Of a DNA stretch of 64,000 nucleotides, positions 1-15,230 are shown piece after piece (position 1 is the first letter of the stretch; each line of letters opens with the position of its first letter). The notes beneath the pieces are model-generated. The model saw only the letters and a program-made list of their open reading frames with translations. It did not search any database and was not told where the DNA came from. This DNA is from the human T2T-CHM13v2.0 reference genome, Homo sapiens, in the NCBI RefSeq assembly GCF_009914755.1, contig NC_060925.1. One strand, 5' to 3'. Both the position numbers and the translations under genes were made by a program.

Positions 1-1310
1 AGTAACTATTACCCCTGCTATAAGGATAATAATTAAGCAAAATACAACAGCAATGGAAACTCTCTGTTTAATATTTCAGTTAGAAGGTGCTACCATGTAT
101 AACTCTACTGCAAATAAAAGAGTGAGTATAACAGTTTCCGTAAGTGTGGTGTGGTAGATAATTTGCATTTAAAATTTTACTTGACAAGATACAGAATTCC
201 CCTTTGGGGGTCTATGAAGTGCCTTGGTTTTATTTTCCTAAATAAAGAAATCTCTGGGTTATGAGCACCCTACTCACTTTTATTACCTGGCAGAATTTGC
301 AGGATAATTAACCAGAACTAGTATACTGATCCAGATTTTTACATTACCCATCCCTTATTTTTTCTTCCAGGCTGCCGGAGACCACTACTTGATTCACAGG
401 AATAAGCAGGGTTAGTCTAAAATGTAGACAGAAAGCTTGAAAACAATTAATGAGACTAGGACTTAATGACAAATGTATGATAAGCTTTGAAGCACAATTT
501 TTCTCTCTAGTCCTCATTTTTGGTAAAAACAAATTATGGATAAACTATAATCTTATACTTGGCCTGATTATTTGCATAAAGTGCAGCAAGAATGGTTATT
601 TCTACATAGGCCTTTTGGATTGGCTTTGATGAAACTGTGGCACAAGGAATTTCAGATAAGACAATTAAAGCCAAGCCCAGCCATGAGTTTATATGCTCAG
701 ATACCTGTGAGCTGGGTGATCCTCTCCTCCTGAGATCCCAAGATAAACTCAGAACTCCTGGACCTGTTAGAAAGTGACATTCTTTACTGACCACAGGTTA
801 GGAACCCTTTGCAGAGACTCTGTAGACAAGGTATGAGGACAGTTCTCCCCAAAGGGCTTTTATTGACTCTGCATGTCAAGCTTGATTACTTAAAGGGAAA
901 CACACCCTTTCAGTTAAAGCCTTGATAAAATAACCAGTTTTTCCAATTATGTACTGTTGACAAAGAAAAATGGATTCTTATTGCATTGATGCAAACAACT
1001 ATATTGCCAAAGTTAAGAGTACTCACAGATAGTTTCCAAATTCTAGAGGAACCAGAAGGAGAAATAAACATGCTCCAAATTTTGTTCATAGAAGTATACC
1101 TTACTCAATTATTAAAGGCCATAAATAGTTTAAAATAAGTTTCCTTCACTCTGAAAAACAAATCAAGGATCAGCAGTATTCCAAGCAAAAGTTAAAAGGC
1201 TTGCTTTAACTTTCTGAGTGCAGTCCATTTAGTTAATTCTTGTTTTGCTTGATATTTGTGAGCATGTCAGTTCTTTAGGAGTTTCGTACATTCTTTCTCT
1301 CTTCCAATGT
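1..1310 (-). mobile_element. ERV1 (MER4-group) internal sequence fragment, running off the window start
   Basis: Resembles recalled MER4-group internal tracts (e.g. aagggcttttattgactctgcatgtcaagcttgattacttaaagggaaacacaccc); no intact ORF. Confidence 0.6.
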
Positions 1311-2159
1311 AATTATGAATAAAATATTTCTGCAGAACTGAGGAACTGAGGTGAGGTCATAATTTAAAAATTCCTTTTTGTTTCATGTGTAGGGTTTAAA
1401 ATCCACACTTTTTGTTGTATTTTTGTAAATATATTATGATTTATCTGAAGTAGCTATTAATGTAACAGAAATAAACAGAAAAAATTCTCAATGCTATCTT
1501 CAAAATCTGTGTATATTTATGCATCTGTTTCAGACTTTACTGTTTAAATCTGTGGTCTATAATGGGTTTGGTTATACATTTATGTCAAACTGCAATTTCT
1601 AATAGCATGTTTAAGTTACTCATTGCACATCTTGTTTTATCTTCAATACAAGGTATAAAACACATATAAAATTTTAAAAAATGAAAACAGAAACTAATGT
1701 CATGTATTCAAGATATGCAATAAATACTATGTTGAATAAGAATAAAATAATCTGTTCATAATATATATAATATACTTTAAAGGTTTTTAAAGTTATTTTA
1801 TGAGGAAACCTCAAGGAAAAAAATCTCTAAATAATCTTCATTTCTTTATAAAACAATGACTTTTGGCATTAGTGAAACAGACTTTAAATTCTGAGCAAAA
1901 ATGTTACAAAGAAAGGGAAGAAAAATGAGCATGAATTTTAAGAGATGGTGAAGAATGATGCACAATTAACATTGAATTATGATACTATTTGGCTGGGGAA
2001 CAAATAACAATGTCCTGTCCTGCAAGTTCCTTCAGAGTTCCCTAAGGGAAATTTTTGCACAGAGAATGAAGCAACGAAAATAACACTTTGTCATTAAGTG
2101 GGACTTTAGTATCACATCACCAAAGTAGAATTCTAACGAGTTAATCAATCCCAAAATAT

Positions 2160-2780
2160 TTTGTAACCTCTATTTTCTGGGCATTGTAGTTAATGCTAGG
2201 AATAATGAAATTAGAAATCAGCATGACACCTGCCTTCTTGGCCTATAATCTAACGGGAAACATACAGATAAAAAAAAATCACTTCAAACCATTAATTAAA
2301 TAATTCAAGGTATGCCAAGTGATGTGGACAGAGTGCATGAGAGTATCTAATAATGGACCTCATTCACTGTGGAGAGCTGAGGGGTATTCCCCTGAGGAGT
2401 TGCAATTAAGCTAAGAATTGAAGGGTGAATAGAAATTAACCCTAGGGTTAGAAAGGAATGAAAAGGCACTGCCTCTTCAAAGGTCTCGGGTGAGAAAAAA
2501 GCATGAGACACTAGGTCTTTCATGTCTAGTATAAAGACTGAGAGAGTGACATAAGAAGTTTTCAGAGGAAGGCTAGGGCAAACTCATTCTGACCTGGCAA
2601 AGCACTTTATGGTTTTAGCTATTGTCTAAAGGTGTTTGAGATCTATTACTCAAGGGAATGATATGATGTAACTTGGATTTTACAAATATCTCCCTGGATG
2701 TAATGAGGAGGATACATTGTTTGAAAAAAATCCATAGAAGAAGGAAGGGTTGGGGGACTATAGCTGTAGTCTAATTAGAT
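2160..2780 (-). mobile_element. L2 LINE fragment
   Basis: Degenerate L2 3' motifs (ctgggcattgtagttaatgctagg...cctgccttcttggcctataatctaacggg). Confidence 0.55.
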
Positions 2781-3283
2781 TTAGCTGAATCCTGCAAAAC
2801 TCCTTGCCTAAATTAAATTACCTAAATTAAATTATCTAAGAAGCAAAGAAGCCCAAATTGTCAGCCCTCCCTATGATCCTTTGAAGCCCAAACACAAAAC
2901 AAGTTCACATGGAGGTACTCAGCAGCAGGTTTTGAGAGTGTTTGCTTGTATTATTTAAATTGCCTGCTGTTTTTTGTTCTATAAAATGTGTTTTTGCGAG
3001 ATTCAAGGATGAATTTGAGTTGGCATGACCTGAAATGCAAGCAGCCTGTCACTCCCTGAAAATCAGAAGTCTACCATCAGGCTATATCAGGATATTTTGG
3101 CATAAAATTTACTCCCTAAAATTACACTAGTTTGGGGTTTTTCACAAAAAATATTTAATATATTTTGTAAAGTTTTTACATATTCAACAACTATTTTGAA
3201 TCTTTTCAGCAAAGAAGGATGTTGCCCAGCCATATTCGATATATCCCAAACTCCATTTATTTGAATAAAAGTGGTGGGTGGGA

Positions 3284-3298
3284 GTGTGTGTGTTTGTG

Positions 3299-3338
<40 letters not shown>
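3284..3338. repeat. (TG)n microsatellite
   Basis: Directly visible; pure run 3302-3338. Confidence 0.95.
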
Positions 3339-3339
<1 letters not shown>

Positions 3340-4215
3340 GGGAGTAAGAGGTGGACTTGGCCCTAGGAAGAAAATATAAATAAAGAAGTTTTTGACCTTG
3401 GAGTCTATTAGCCAACTTTAAAAAAAATAACCCATGGATTATGAATGCATTGACTGAAAGGATGCTCTTCTTAATATAAATGGGTCCGAGAATGCTATGT
3501 CCTGTACCCTAGTAGTCACAATGAATACTAATTAACTCCAAGATCACTGAGATTCATCTGGCTCAGATCAATCTATGTGTGAAACTATTCAAGCTACTCG
3601 ATAAAATACCAGGACTGAAGGAGTTCTGAAATGGCCCTCCATTCAGATGGTGTCCTCTGAAATCTTAAAATCTCTGGTAAGAACTTTGAGATCAAAAGCC
3701 TGAAATGTTGAGTGACCTGAACTGTCTTTCTAATTGTTGTGCCACGATTGGAATGGCACTGACATCCCTGTGTATTCTTTAAATAAATATTCCTTGTTTG
3801 GTTTGCTGAAGTCGTTTCTGAGACTACTCTTACCATCATTCCAAACAAACTATTGACATGATAGTTGTACGGTCTTTTGGCAGAGGTCTGATTATCTGGA
3901 TTTCGAAAGAATGATACTGTACTTGTAGATGCACATTTGGGAGTCTATATACCAGCAGACACATAAAAAGTGTTTTTGAAAAAGAGTAGCAGCAGGTATT
4001 GACAGAGATTTAAAAAAACTAAAGGATAGACAGCTCCTCTGGGGCCATGTGAGAAACGTGCCTCTCTGTTGCTGCAATTGTGGCTACAGAGACCCATGGT
4101 GAGTGCAGCCTCGGGCAGACATCAGGAGTTACATAGCATCGATCATTGGCCTTTTGGAAGAGATGACTATCTGATGCAATTGCTCACTACTCACACTTTC
4201 ACAGACATTTGGAAG

Positions 4216-4232
4216 CCACCTAGGGGGCACTG
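4216..4232 (+). promoter_or_regulatory. CTCF-like motif
   Basis: ccacctagggggcactg matches the 3' core YAGRKGGCRSY; 5' end imperfect; motif match only. Confidence 0.3.
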
Positions 4233-4929
4233 TTTTTTGCTAGACGTGCTACTGAAGACAACAAAAAATTCTGAGCCCAGAGATTTTGCTGACTATGTAT
4301 TTTGTTAGAAAATGATGTAAATATAGAAGGAACAGATTTTTTTAAAATTCATTAATTTCATACTAATAGCATGTTTAGGAATATGGAAAAGAAGTTGCCG
4401 TGGGAGGTGTACTCAGATTCTGTGAACAGTCACAGCCCTGGGAGATACATCTCTAGCAATAGAAATTGGGAATCCCCTGTCTGAGTCTTTGATTTTATAA
4501 GAATATGAATGAGATTTTATCACTGTCATTATTATCGATGGCAGTAAGCAAATAACTAATAAGGGTAGCTGACAGACTACAAATTTCAAACTAGCCAACA
4601 GAAAGGCTCTGGTAAATCTGCATGATGGGCCGAAGAAAATATAAGGCAGACAATAATTAATTCCATTGACTCTGCAGCTACAGCCAATTATTTAGATATT
4701 CAGCCACCAGTGATCAGAGTATTCATCTCCCAGTTTAGTGACGTAACTTATGGAAATCCCATATGCTTTTAAACTTCAACTCAAGTTGTCATATTCATAC
4801 CATAAGATGTCCTGATGATGGAAATCCTTCTGACCAGAAAACCATTGTGCTCCCTCTAGAGTTTAGATGAATAGACACACAGTGACTCAAGAAAAGCAGG
4901 AGTGGGTTCAAAACTACACTTTTACTCTT

Positions 4930-6790
<1,861 letters not shown>

Positions 6791-7750
6791 AGATAATGCT
6801 ATTTAGAAATGAAAGTAAAATGACATTGCTCCCACTCTTACAGCTAAAAAATAATTATGCAAATAGCAATGTTTCTGGAACCTATTAGGTAAGTTAGGTC
6901 ACAGGGCAAACAACTAACACCAACTATCTAGAGAGAGACAGGGTCTGCAGGCAAAAACAGGACCCACGTGTTTGCTTACCTAGGATAGATGCCACTGAAG
7001 AAACTAGAAGTTATTTTTAACTAAATCATATTTGTATTATTATTGTCATTAGAAACATGTTATTCTATAAAGAACTAAATGTTAAACATATAATCACAAG
7101 ATTGGCCCTGTGTATATGTTTTGAAAACCTTCACAAATCATAATTTGAGCTAAAAAAAAACTTGTACCTCAAAGCCTAAAGTATTTTATTTTCCCCTTGG
7201 TTAATCAGCCTACACTAGTTTGGTTTTAGAAAACGTGCTTCACTTTTGGGGTCTAAATTTCCTTCTTGGCAAACTGAACTTGAGTTACCAAAATTGCCTT
7301 CCAGATTGAAGAATATAGGTTCTATTCATTCTCAGCATACTTTGCACCTACAGTCAGAGAGGCTGGATGTGATCCTCAAGGTGATAAACACACAATCTAA
7401 ATTAAACAGCCACAGGAAATACATTCTGAAGAAGACTGAAATAAAGCCATATTCTTTGCAAACAAAGCCCATAATCAGTAATCAGGAATTTTGCATTATG
7501 GAGGAGATTTAACATGGGATTTATAAGGTTGGGAAGAGGTGGGAATTAGCTACTACGAGAGGTTTCTGAAAAAACAACAACAACAACAAAAAAAACAGAA
7601 ATTGATTGAGAATAGTTCCTATCACGGCGTAAGGAGTAGACCACAGCAGTATAAATTCTTAAACATTTGGTTCATGCTCTCTATTAACACAATGTAAATA
7701 ACACAAATTTTGATCATATTTTTATTATTACAGTGTTCATATTTATCATG

Positions 7751-7850
7751 CTTGTATTGATTATTGCCTATTGATTATTGTCTTGTACTGATTATTGCCT
7801 TTATTGCCTTGTATTGATTATTGTCTTATACTGATTATTGCCTTTATCTT
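7751..7850. repeat. Degenerate ~17-bp minisatellite (cttgtattgattattgc)
   Basis: About six variant units directly visible. Confidence 0.8.
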
Positions 7851-7951
7851 ATCTAGCCCTTAGAGTCTAACATTTGTTAAAAGTTTAATGATATAATTTC
7901 CTTAACTTTTTAAGAATGTTTAAAAAGTAAGTTCAAAGATAAAAATATTTC

Positions 7952-7956
7952 ATATA

Positions 7957-8000
<44 letters not shown>

Positions 8001-8282
8001 GAGACGAGTCTCGCTCTGTCGCCCAGGCTGGAGTGCAGTGGCGGGATCTCTGCTCACTGCAAGCTCTGCCTCCTGGGTTAACGCCATTCTCCTGCCTCAG
8101 CCTCCCCAGCAGCTGAGACTACAGGCGACCGCCACTAAGCCCGGCTATTTTTTTTGTATTTTTAGTAGGGACGGGTTTTCACCGTGTTAGCCAGGATGGT
8201 CTCGATTTCCTGACCTCGTGATCCGTCGGTCTCGGTCTCCCAAAGTGCTGGGAGTACAGGCGTGAGCCACCGCGCCCGGCCG
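7952..8282 (-). mobile_element. AluY with (AT)n plus poly(T) tail
   Basis: gcaagctc, acgccattctcc, accgtgttagccaggatggtctcgat AluY diagnostics; candidate TSD aatatttc at 7944-7951 and 8285-8292. Confidence 0.93.
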
Positions 8283-8619
8283 GCAATATTTCTGATTTTT
8301 AAAAAGTTCTTATGTATAACTCATGATATATTTACCTTTCTCTTTGCTCAAATATAACTTTTGGTATTAAAAAGTATTATGTACTTTTTAAACTATTAAA
8401 TTAGCCCCAAGGAGTACAATAAGATCTTTCAAAATAATTTATAAAATGAAAACATTTCTGAATTTTAAATAATAAAAAGCGTATTCTTAAAATTACAGTA
8501 AAATTAAATAGAAAAAGACCATGGTTTATAAGTATAACATATGTTAGACTAATCATAAGAAACTATGTATTTAGCTTAAGCCTACCTTTGATTAGAGTGG
8601 AAAACTATTTTAAATTTAA

Positions 8620-8635
8620 CCACAAGATGGTGCTG
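8620..8635 (+). promoter_or_regulatory. CTCF-like motif
   Basis: ccacaagatggtgctg versus consensus CCASYAGRKGGCRSY; motif match only. Confidence 0.4.
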
Positions 8636-9609
8636 TCACAAAGCAATTTCAAAGATAAACCAATAATATAGTCTGCATTATTTGTACTTGCATTTCTTTC
8701 TAAGTCAAGCCTTTAAATTTTAAAATTCTCATTAGTAAGTGTCTTCTTCCAATTGTTCTTGTATTTCGAGATGTGTTTCAGGTCTGAGTTTTGGAATTTT
8801 TTCCCTCCCACCTGTTGTTGATTGACTACCCCTCAAAGGAGATCAATTAAATCTATTTTGTTGAAAACTGTATGAGATGTTGGCACAATTATCTTTCAAA
8901 AATAAGAAATAATATAATTCTATTTGTATTTTTGATTGTCATTTATTATTATTTTTTAATTTAACAGAAGAGATATTTCCTTCTCCTCTACCCACAGGGT
9001 CAGTTAGCATAACAGTCGCAGAGCAAGCATTCAGGAGAATAACAAGCTCAATAACAAGGTGAAAGAACATTTTCATTAATTTGGTCATTCCTTCTCTTGC
9101 CTCACCATCTGGGTCTCCATTTGCTGAAAGAGATGTCTAGCTTGCAGAGGCAGCAAACAATTAAGGACCTTTCCAAAAAACGCAGAAATTGAGATGAATT
9201 CTTAAGAAAGTGTTGTTCCCAGATGACTTGACATCCCTCACACTGCATTCTGTTGTCTGTGTCAAAAGAGCAAGAATATTTATTTAGTATTACTATATTA
9301 TGAAGCTCAAACAATCCAGATTGTAATGCTGCAGCTTATCTGGAATCTAAGGATAATATTTGAAGGTCCTAGAGACCCTCAATGTGTCATTTAGAGGACA
9401 GCAATTTGAGGATTTGTTGAAGCAGATAATAAATTGTACTAGAAATTGCAGAGGATAATGGCCCAAAGATAAGAGATGAGACATTTCTATGCACTGTAAA
9501 GATTACTTTATTGCAACTTTAGAGAGAATACTGAAATTTCTCAGAGTGTTTATGAAAAATGATTCCTGCTGTATTTGTTAGCAGAGAGTATTATCAGGAG
9601 ACTTCTAGA

Positions 9610-9730
9610 CAAGGGGTGGGCAAACTTTTTATTGCACCTACTCTCCTATTGTAGGGAAAGCAGACATAGACAGTAGGTAAGTAAATGAGCATGACTGTTT
9701 TCACTAAAGTGTAGTTACAAAACTAGGCAG
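9610..9730 (-). mobile_element. MER58A-like hAT-Charlie MITE fragment
   Basis: TIR-like caaggggtgggcaaactttt and internal aaagcagacatagacag...gagcatgactgtttt. Confidence 0.7.
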
Positions 9731-10115
9731 AATTAAATACCTGGGAATAAATTAAACAAAAGAAGTGCAAGGCTTGTACACTGAAAACTACAAAACATTG
9801 TTGAAAGAAATTAAAGAAGACCTAAATAAAAATGGAAAGCTATCCCTGGTCCATGGATTAGAAAACTTAATATTGTTAAGATGGCAGTACTCCCCAAAAT
9901 AATCTATAGATTCAGTGCAATCCCTATCAATAGCCCAGCTGCTTTATTTTCAATAATAGACAAGCTAATTCTAAAATGTATGTGGAAATGTGAAGGACCA
10001 GAACAGCCAAAACATTTTTGAAAAGGAAGTTGGAGCACTCACAGTTCCCAATTTAAAACTTAATACAAAGCTACAGAATCAAGAGAGTGTGCTATTGATG
10101 TAAATACAGACATAT
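9731..10115 (+). mobile_element. L1M ORF2 fragment
   Basis: Encodes degenerate KYLGIN...LYTENYKTLLKEIKEDLNK. Confidence 0.85.
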
Positions 10116-10448
10116 CCAGTCCCTGGGAAGATAAAACTGAGCAAAACGGTCACTATTTCTAGAATTTAGAGAATATTTACATCTTTAATTCCAGATTAAC
10201 ATGAGAAAAATTCATTCCTTTACATAGATGATGATCACCAATGATGTACCAAGCACTTTGTGAAGTAGAGAGCTTAAAAAGGCAAAGTTTCTACTCTTAA
10301 AGAGTTCACAGTCTCTTGGGAAAAAGAGACGAAATTCAAGCTAACAAATTCATGATTTCAATGTATGAATTCTCTTTTAAAAGTATTATAGTTCAATAAC
10401 CCTGACAATCTCCCAGGACAAACTACCTAGAAATGTTAGCTCAAGTAT

Positions 10449-10508
10449 CACACACACACATGCATACATACACACACACACATACACACACACAAGACAC
10501 ACAACACA
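10449..10508. repeat. (CA)-rich microsatellite
   Basis: Directly visible, interrupted. Confidence 0.85.
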
Positions 10509-10779
10509 AATTATATTATTGTATTTCAGAAGAGAGTAGAATGGAAAACATTTTCCCGTATTTGGATTCAAATATTCCTGACATTTAAAGTTCAGTGAAA
10601 CTTTGTATTTCAATGAAAAAGTAGTTTTAAAAATTAAGTTCATTTAATTTACATAATCTTGATTGAAACACTTATTCTTACACTTTGTTCAATTATAAAA
10701 TTAGATTTTGATTAAATAATATTTAATCTAAAAAATGTTGCATTTATCTTCATTGTCTCATTGTATCATTTTCTCATTT

Positions 10780-11020
10780 ATCATTTATCTCTTTACTGAT
10801 TTAACAGATACCAAGCAACAACTGTGGGCCAATCACTGCTGCAGGTTCTGAGGACAAAATGTTAAATAAACATAACAAACATACAAACATAATATCTGCT
10901 ATCGGGAAGTTTTAAAGTAACAGCATAAACAGATATTAACCAAATTCAATTAATACACAATTACACCTGAGACACAGGCTCTAACTGAAAGATACGTGTT
11001 GCTATGGAAAGTTACCCTTG
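10780..11020 (-). mobile_element. L2 3' fragment
   Basis: atttaacagataccaagcaacaactgtgggccaatcactgctgcaggttctgagg resembles the L2 3' terminus. Confidence 0.5.
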
Positions 11021-11627
11021 ACGATAAATAATGTCTTTGGGAAATGCCTTACGTATTTTTACACCTCATGCTTTGTATTTCCAACCTTTACTCAAACTGA
11101 TACATCTTATACATTGCAACTAGATGAATTTTCTCATCAAACAGAAGTTTGGTAAGGTCAATCTTCTGTTCATTTTTAACTTCCTCCTAACCCCAAAAGA
11201 GAAGGAGTTCCTGTTAACATATTATAAATCTCCGTCAGTTGGACCCCAACCCATCTCTACTCCCATGTCTCTTATTATCTCTCATTCATGTTTATTTTTT
11301 CTTCAACAAGTGAGGATGTTTCATTTGCCATATAGGCTGTGGAGTTTAGTAGCCAATATATGACTTTGTTCATAATATTTTACTGACTTGAACATTCTTA
11401 CAATTCATAGGTACAGATTTTAGTAAGTTTCTCAGACCATCTCAGGGTTAAAAAATGTTTGCACATCAGGCATATTTGGTGACTGCTGTTAATTAATGGA
11501 TTGATTTTCTCTCACTCCTCTTGCATAGTAGATGTTGAAACTGATCTCCTGCATACAAAATCTAACAAACAACACTTTACTCAGCACATATATAAATTTA
11601 GAATATAAAAATTGACCGTTTTTCCAA

Positions 11628-11840
11628 AATAATAATATTTATTGAGTGCCTATTAAATGTACTAACATATATAAATCTCACAACGACCATATGAACTATA
11701 AGGCTTTAGGCCCATATCATGATGAAGAAACAGAAAAATCAAGTTAAATAACTTGCACATAAATAGCAACTTGGGGGCCAAAATATAAACCCAGGCAGCC
11801 TGATTTCAGAGCCCACACTCTTAATCACTTTACCATAATG
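11628..11840 (-). mobile_element. MIR SINE
   Basis: atttattgagtgccta...gatgaagaaacaga...aaataacttgc...acccaggcagcctgatttcagagccc. Confidence 0.75.
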
Positions 11841-11999
11841 CCAACTCAGTCCCATAAGTCAAAATCAAAATAAAATATAACTGTGGCACCTGCAAAGAAA
11901 TGCAGTTAATTCTTACTCAGAAAAATCCTGTTAGAAAATACTTTTACTAATGGGAGAATTCAACTTTCTACACTGGAAATAGGTTTCTCCTTTTTTGCT

Positions 12000-12130
12000 T
12001 CCTAGCTGTTTCTTTGGACACATTTCTTAATTTATGTAGGGCTCAGTTTCTGTGTGTGAAAGATAGATAACAAAACCTACCTCATATGAGCATTCAGAGC
12101 CTTAACTAATAGAATAGATGTGAAAGTGTC
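12000..12130 (+). mobile_element. MIR SINE fragment
   Basis: Core gctcagtttctgtgtgtgaaagatagataacaaaacctacctcata. Confidence 0.6.
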
Positions 12131-12144
12131 AATTTAAAATGTCA

Positions 12145-12595
12145 ATACTTTTGTGTAACAAAATGCCTCAGAATAGAATGGCTTGAAACAAAATGCATGT
12201 ATTTTTGCTCCTTGCTGTTGGCCATCTGGGGGTCAGCTGATCTAGGTTGAGCATAGCTGGGCTTGACTCCAAGCTGCAGGTTAGAGCCCAGGATTGGCCT
12301 TGTTACTCTCATCCTTGTTGACACAGTGGCCTAGTTCGGGCATATTCTCCTTATCACAATAATATAAGAGCAAAAGAGAAAGTCCAACCGGTAAGCACGT
12401 CTCATGCTTTCACTTGCATTTTGTCTGCTTGCTTACATGCCATTGGCCAAAGTAAGTCATATAATTAAACATAAAGTCAAAGGTCAGGAAAATACACACT
12501 TCCTCTAGTGTGTGTATTTTGGAAGGAACTGCAAATGCACAAGATAAAGGGTATGGATAAAGGAAGGATAAAAATGGGGCCAAAATTCAATATCT
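12145..12595 (-). mobile_element. MaLR LTR (MLT1J/K-like)
   Basis: tgtgtaacaaaatgcctcagaatagaatggcttgaaacaa and cattggccaaagtaagtcata motifs. Confidence 0.65.
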
Positions 12596-12940
12596 GAAAG
12601 TAATTATTAATAATTTTAGGGAAATCTTTATCAAAAAAGGTATCCTGACCTTATTTACATACCTCATTCCATCCAAAGATTGAAATTCAGGAATGAGAAA
12701 ACTGTCTTTGTATTTGAAGAAGTCCATCGCAAAAGCAAAAAGTAATATAACATTGTTATTTTTATAATTACTATGACATTATTACACATTATAAAGCAAA
12801 GTTTTATGAAAAAAATTCCTATAACCTGTATTCTCCTTTCATAGAGAATATTTCCTCAAAATCTAACTCGTGGAGTCTTTGCACCTTCAAGTCAAGCAAA
12901 CTGTCATCAATAGAAACCAAAACAATAGCGATGTTATTAC

Positions 12941-15230
12941 TTTTTTCCAGCTTTATTGAGGTAAAATTGACAAATAAAAATTAAATATAGTTAAGATATA
13001 CAACATGATGTCTCAACTTATGTATACTTTGTGAAATAATTGCCACAATCAAGCTAATTAACATATCCATCACCTCACATAGTTATCTTTGTATGTCTGT
13101 GTGTGTGTGTGTATGTGGTCAGAAAATGTAAAATCTCCTCTCAGCATATTTCAAGTATACAATACATTATTACGAAATATAGTTGTCATCCATTGCGTTA
13201 GTTCCCTAGAACCTATTCATCTTGTAACTGAAAGTTTGTACCATCTGACCAACATCTTCCCGCTTCCCCCTCCCCTTGACGCCTGCTAACCACCCTTCTG
13301 GTCTTTGTTTCTATGAGTGGGACTATTTTAGATTTCTCATGTAAGCGAGAAAGAGATCATACTGCATTTGTCTTTCTGTGTCTGGCTTATTTCATTGAGT
13401 ATAATGTTCTCTAGTTTCATCCATGTTTTTACAAATGGTAGTATTTACATATTTTTTAAGGCTGAATGATATTTTATTGTACATATACCACATAAGTCCA
13501 CATATTGGCTAATGTGAATAATGCTGCAATAAGCATGGGAGTACAAATATCTCATTGTGATAAGGATTTTATTTCCCTCGGATATTTCCAGAAATGGGAT
13601 TGTTAATAGTTCATACGATAATTCTACTTTTAATTTTTTGAGTAACTTCTATATGACTTTCCATGATGGCTGTACCAATTTACATTCCCACCAACAGTGT
13701 ACAAGGGCTCCGATTTCTTCATATCCTCACCAATATTTGTTATTTTTGCATTTTTGAAAATTGTCATACTAACAAGCATAGTTGATATCTCATTTTTGTT
13801 TTGATTTGCATTTCCCTGATGATATGTGATATTGAGCGTCTTTTAAAATATCCATTTGCCATGGTATGTCTTTGGAAAAATATTCACTCAGGTTATTCAA
13901 GTCCTTTGCCTACTTTTAATTAGGTTTTGTTTTGTTTTGCTTTGCTTTGCTATTGAATTGTATAAATTCCTTATTTTTTTATAATAACCCCTTGTCAGAT
14001 ATATGCTTGCAAATATTTTCTTCCATTCCCTGATTTGCCTTCTCATTTGTTGTTTTCTCTACTGTGCAGAACATTTTTAATTTAATGCAGTTCCACTTGT
14101 TTATTTTTACTTTTATTCCCTGTAGTTTTGGTGTCATATCCAAAAAATTGTTGCCTAGAACAATGTTGCAGAGCTTTTATCAATGTTTTTCTCTGAGAGT
14201 TTTATGGTTTCAAGTATTATGTGTAAGTCTTCAATATATTTTGAGTTGATTTTTATGTATAGTGTAAGATAATGATCCAATTTAATATTTTGCATATGAA
14301 TATCCAGTTTTCCCAACCCTATCAAAGAGACTATCGTTTACCTTTATTTCTGAGCCCTCTATGCCCTTCCATTGGTCTATGTGCTTGTTTTTACACCAGC
14401 ATCGCACTATTTTGATTCTACTGGAAATATAAGGATTAAGTTATTAATAACTAAATTAAATTTCTGCTTTGCAATATAATTTGAAATCAGAAAATGTGAT
14501 CCCCCAAGGTTTCTTCCTCTCACTTAAGATTGCTTCAGCTGTTCTGGAGCTTTTGTAGCTTCATATAAATTGTAGAATTGATTTTTCTATTCCTGTGAAA
14601 AACGCAATTTAAATTTTGATAGAGATTGTATTAAATACGTAGATCGCTTTGGGTAATATGGATATTTTGACAATATTTTTTCTATCTATGAATACAGTAT
14701 ATCTTTTCATTTATTTGTGTTTTTCTTAGTTTCTTTCATCTGTGCTTTATAGTTTTCAGTGTGTAGATCTTTCAACATTTTGGTAAAATTTATTTCTATA
14801 TATTTTTGATATATTGTGACTGAGATTATTTTCTTAATTTCCTTTTCAGATAGTTATTTGTTATTATACAGAAACATAACTGAATTATGTATGTTGATTT
14901 TGTATCATATAGCTTTACTGAATGTATTAGTTCTAACAATTTTTTTATGAAGTCTTGGGAGTTTTCTATATAAGATCAAATTGTCAGCAAACAGAGATCA
15001 TTTGACATCCTTTTCTAATTTGGGTGGCTTTTTTTTCCTGCCTAATTGCTCTGGTTAGGATTTCTAGTACTATGTTGAATATAAATGAGGAGACTGGGCA
15101 TCCTGTCTTCTTCCTGATCATATGGAAGCTTTTCACAGTTAAAATATATAATGGTAGGTGGGAGCCTGTGATATATGGTCTTCACTGTGTTGAGGTATAT
15201 TCCTTCTGTACCTAAGTTGTTGAGAGTCTC
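12941..15230 (-). mobile_element. L1MA (MA8/9-like) 3' UTR plus ORF2 3' part, with internal deletions
   Basis: Starts cagctttattgaggtaaaattgacaaataaaaa; continuous antisense ORF2 homology. Confidence 0.85.

Noticed and set aside
7246-7512. 88-aa ORF in apparently unique DNA (similar cases at 3594-3848 and 4069-4308)
   Set aside because: Non-ATG starts, no recognisable domain, lengths expected by chance
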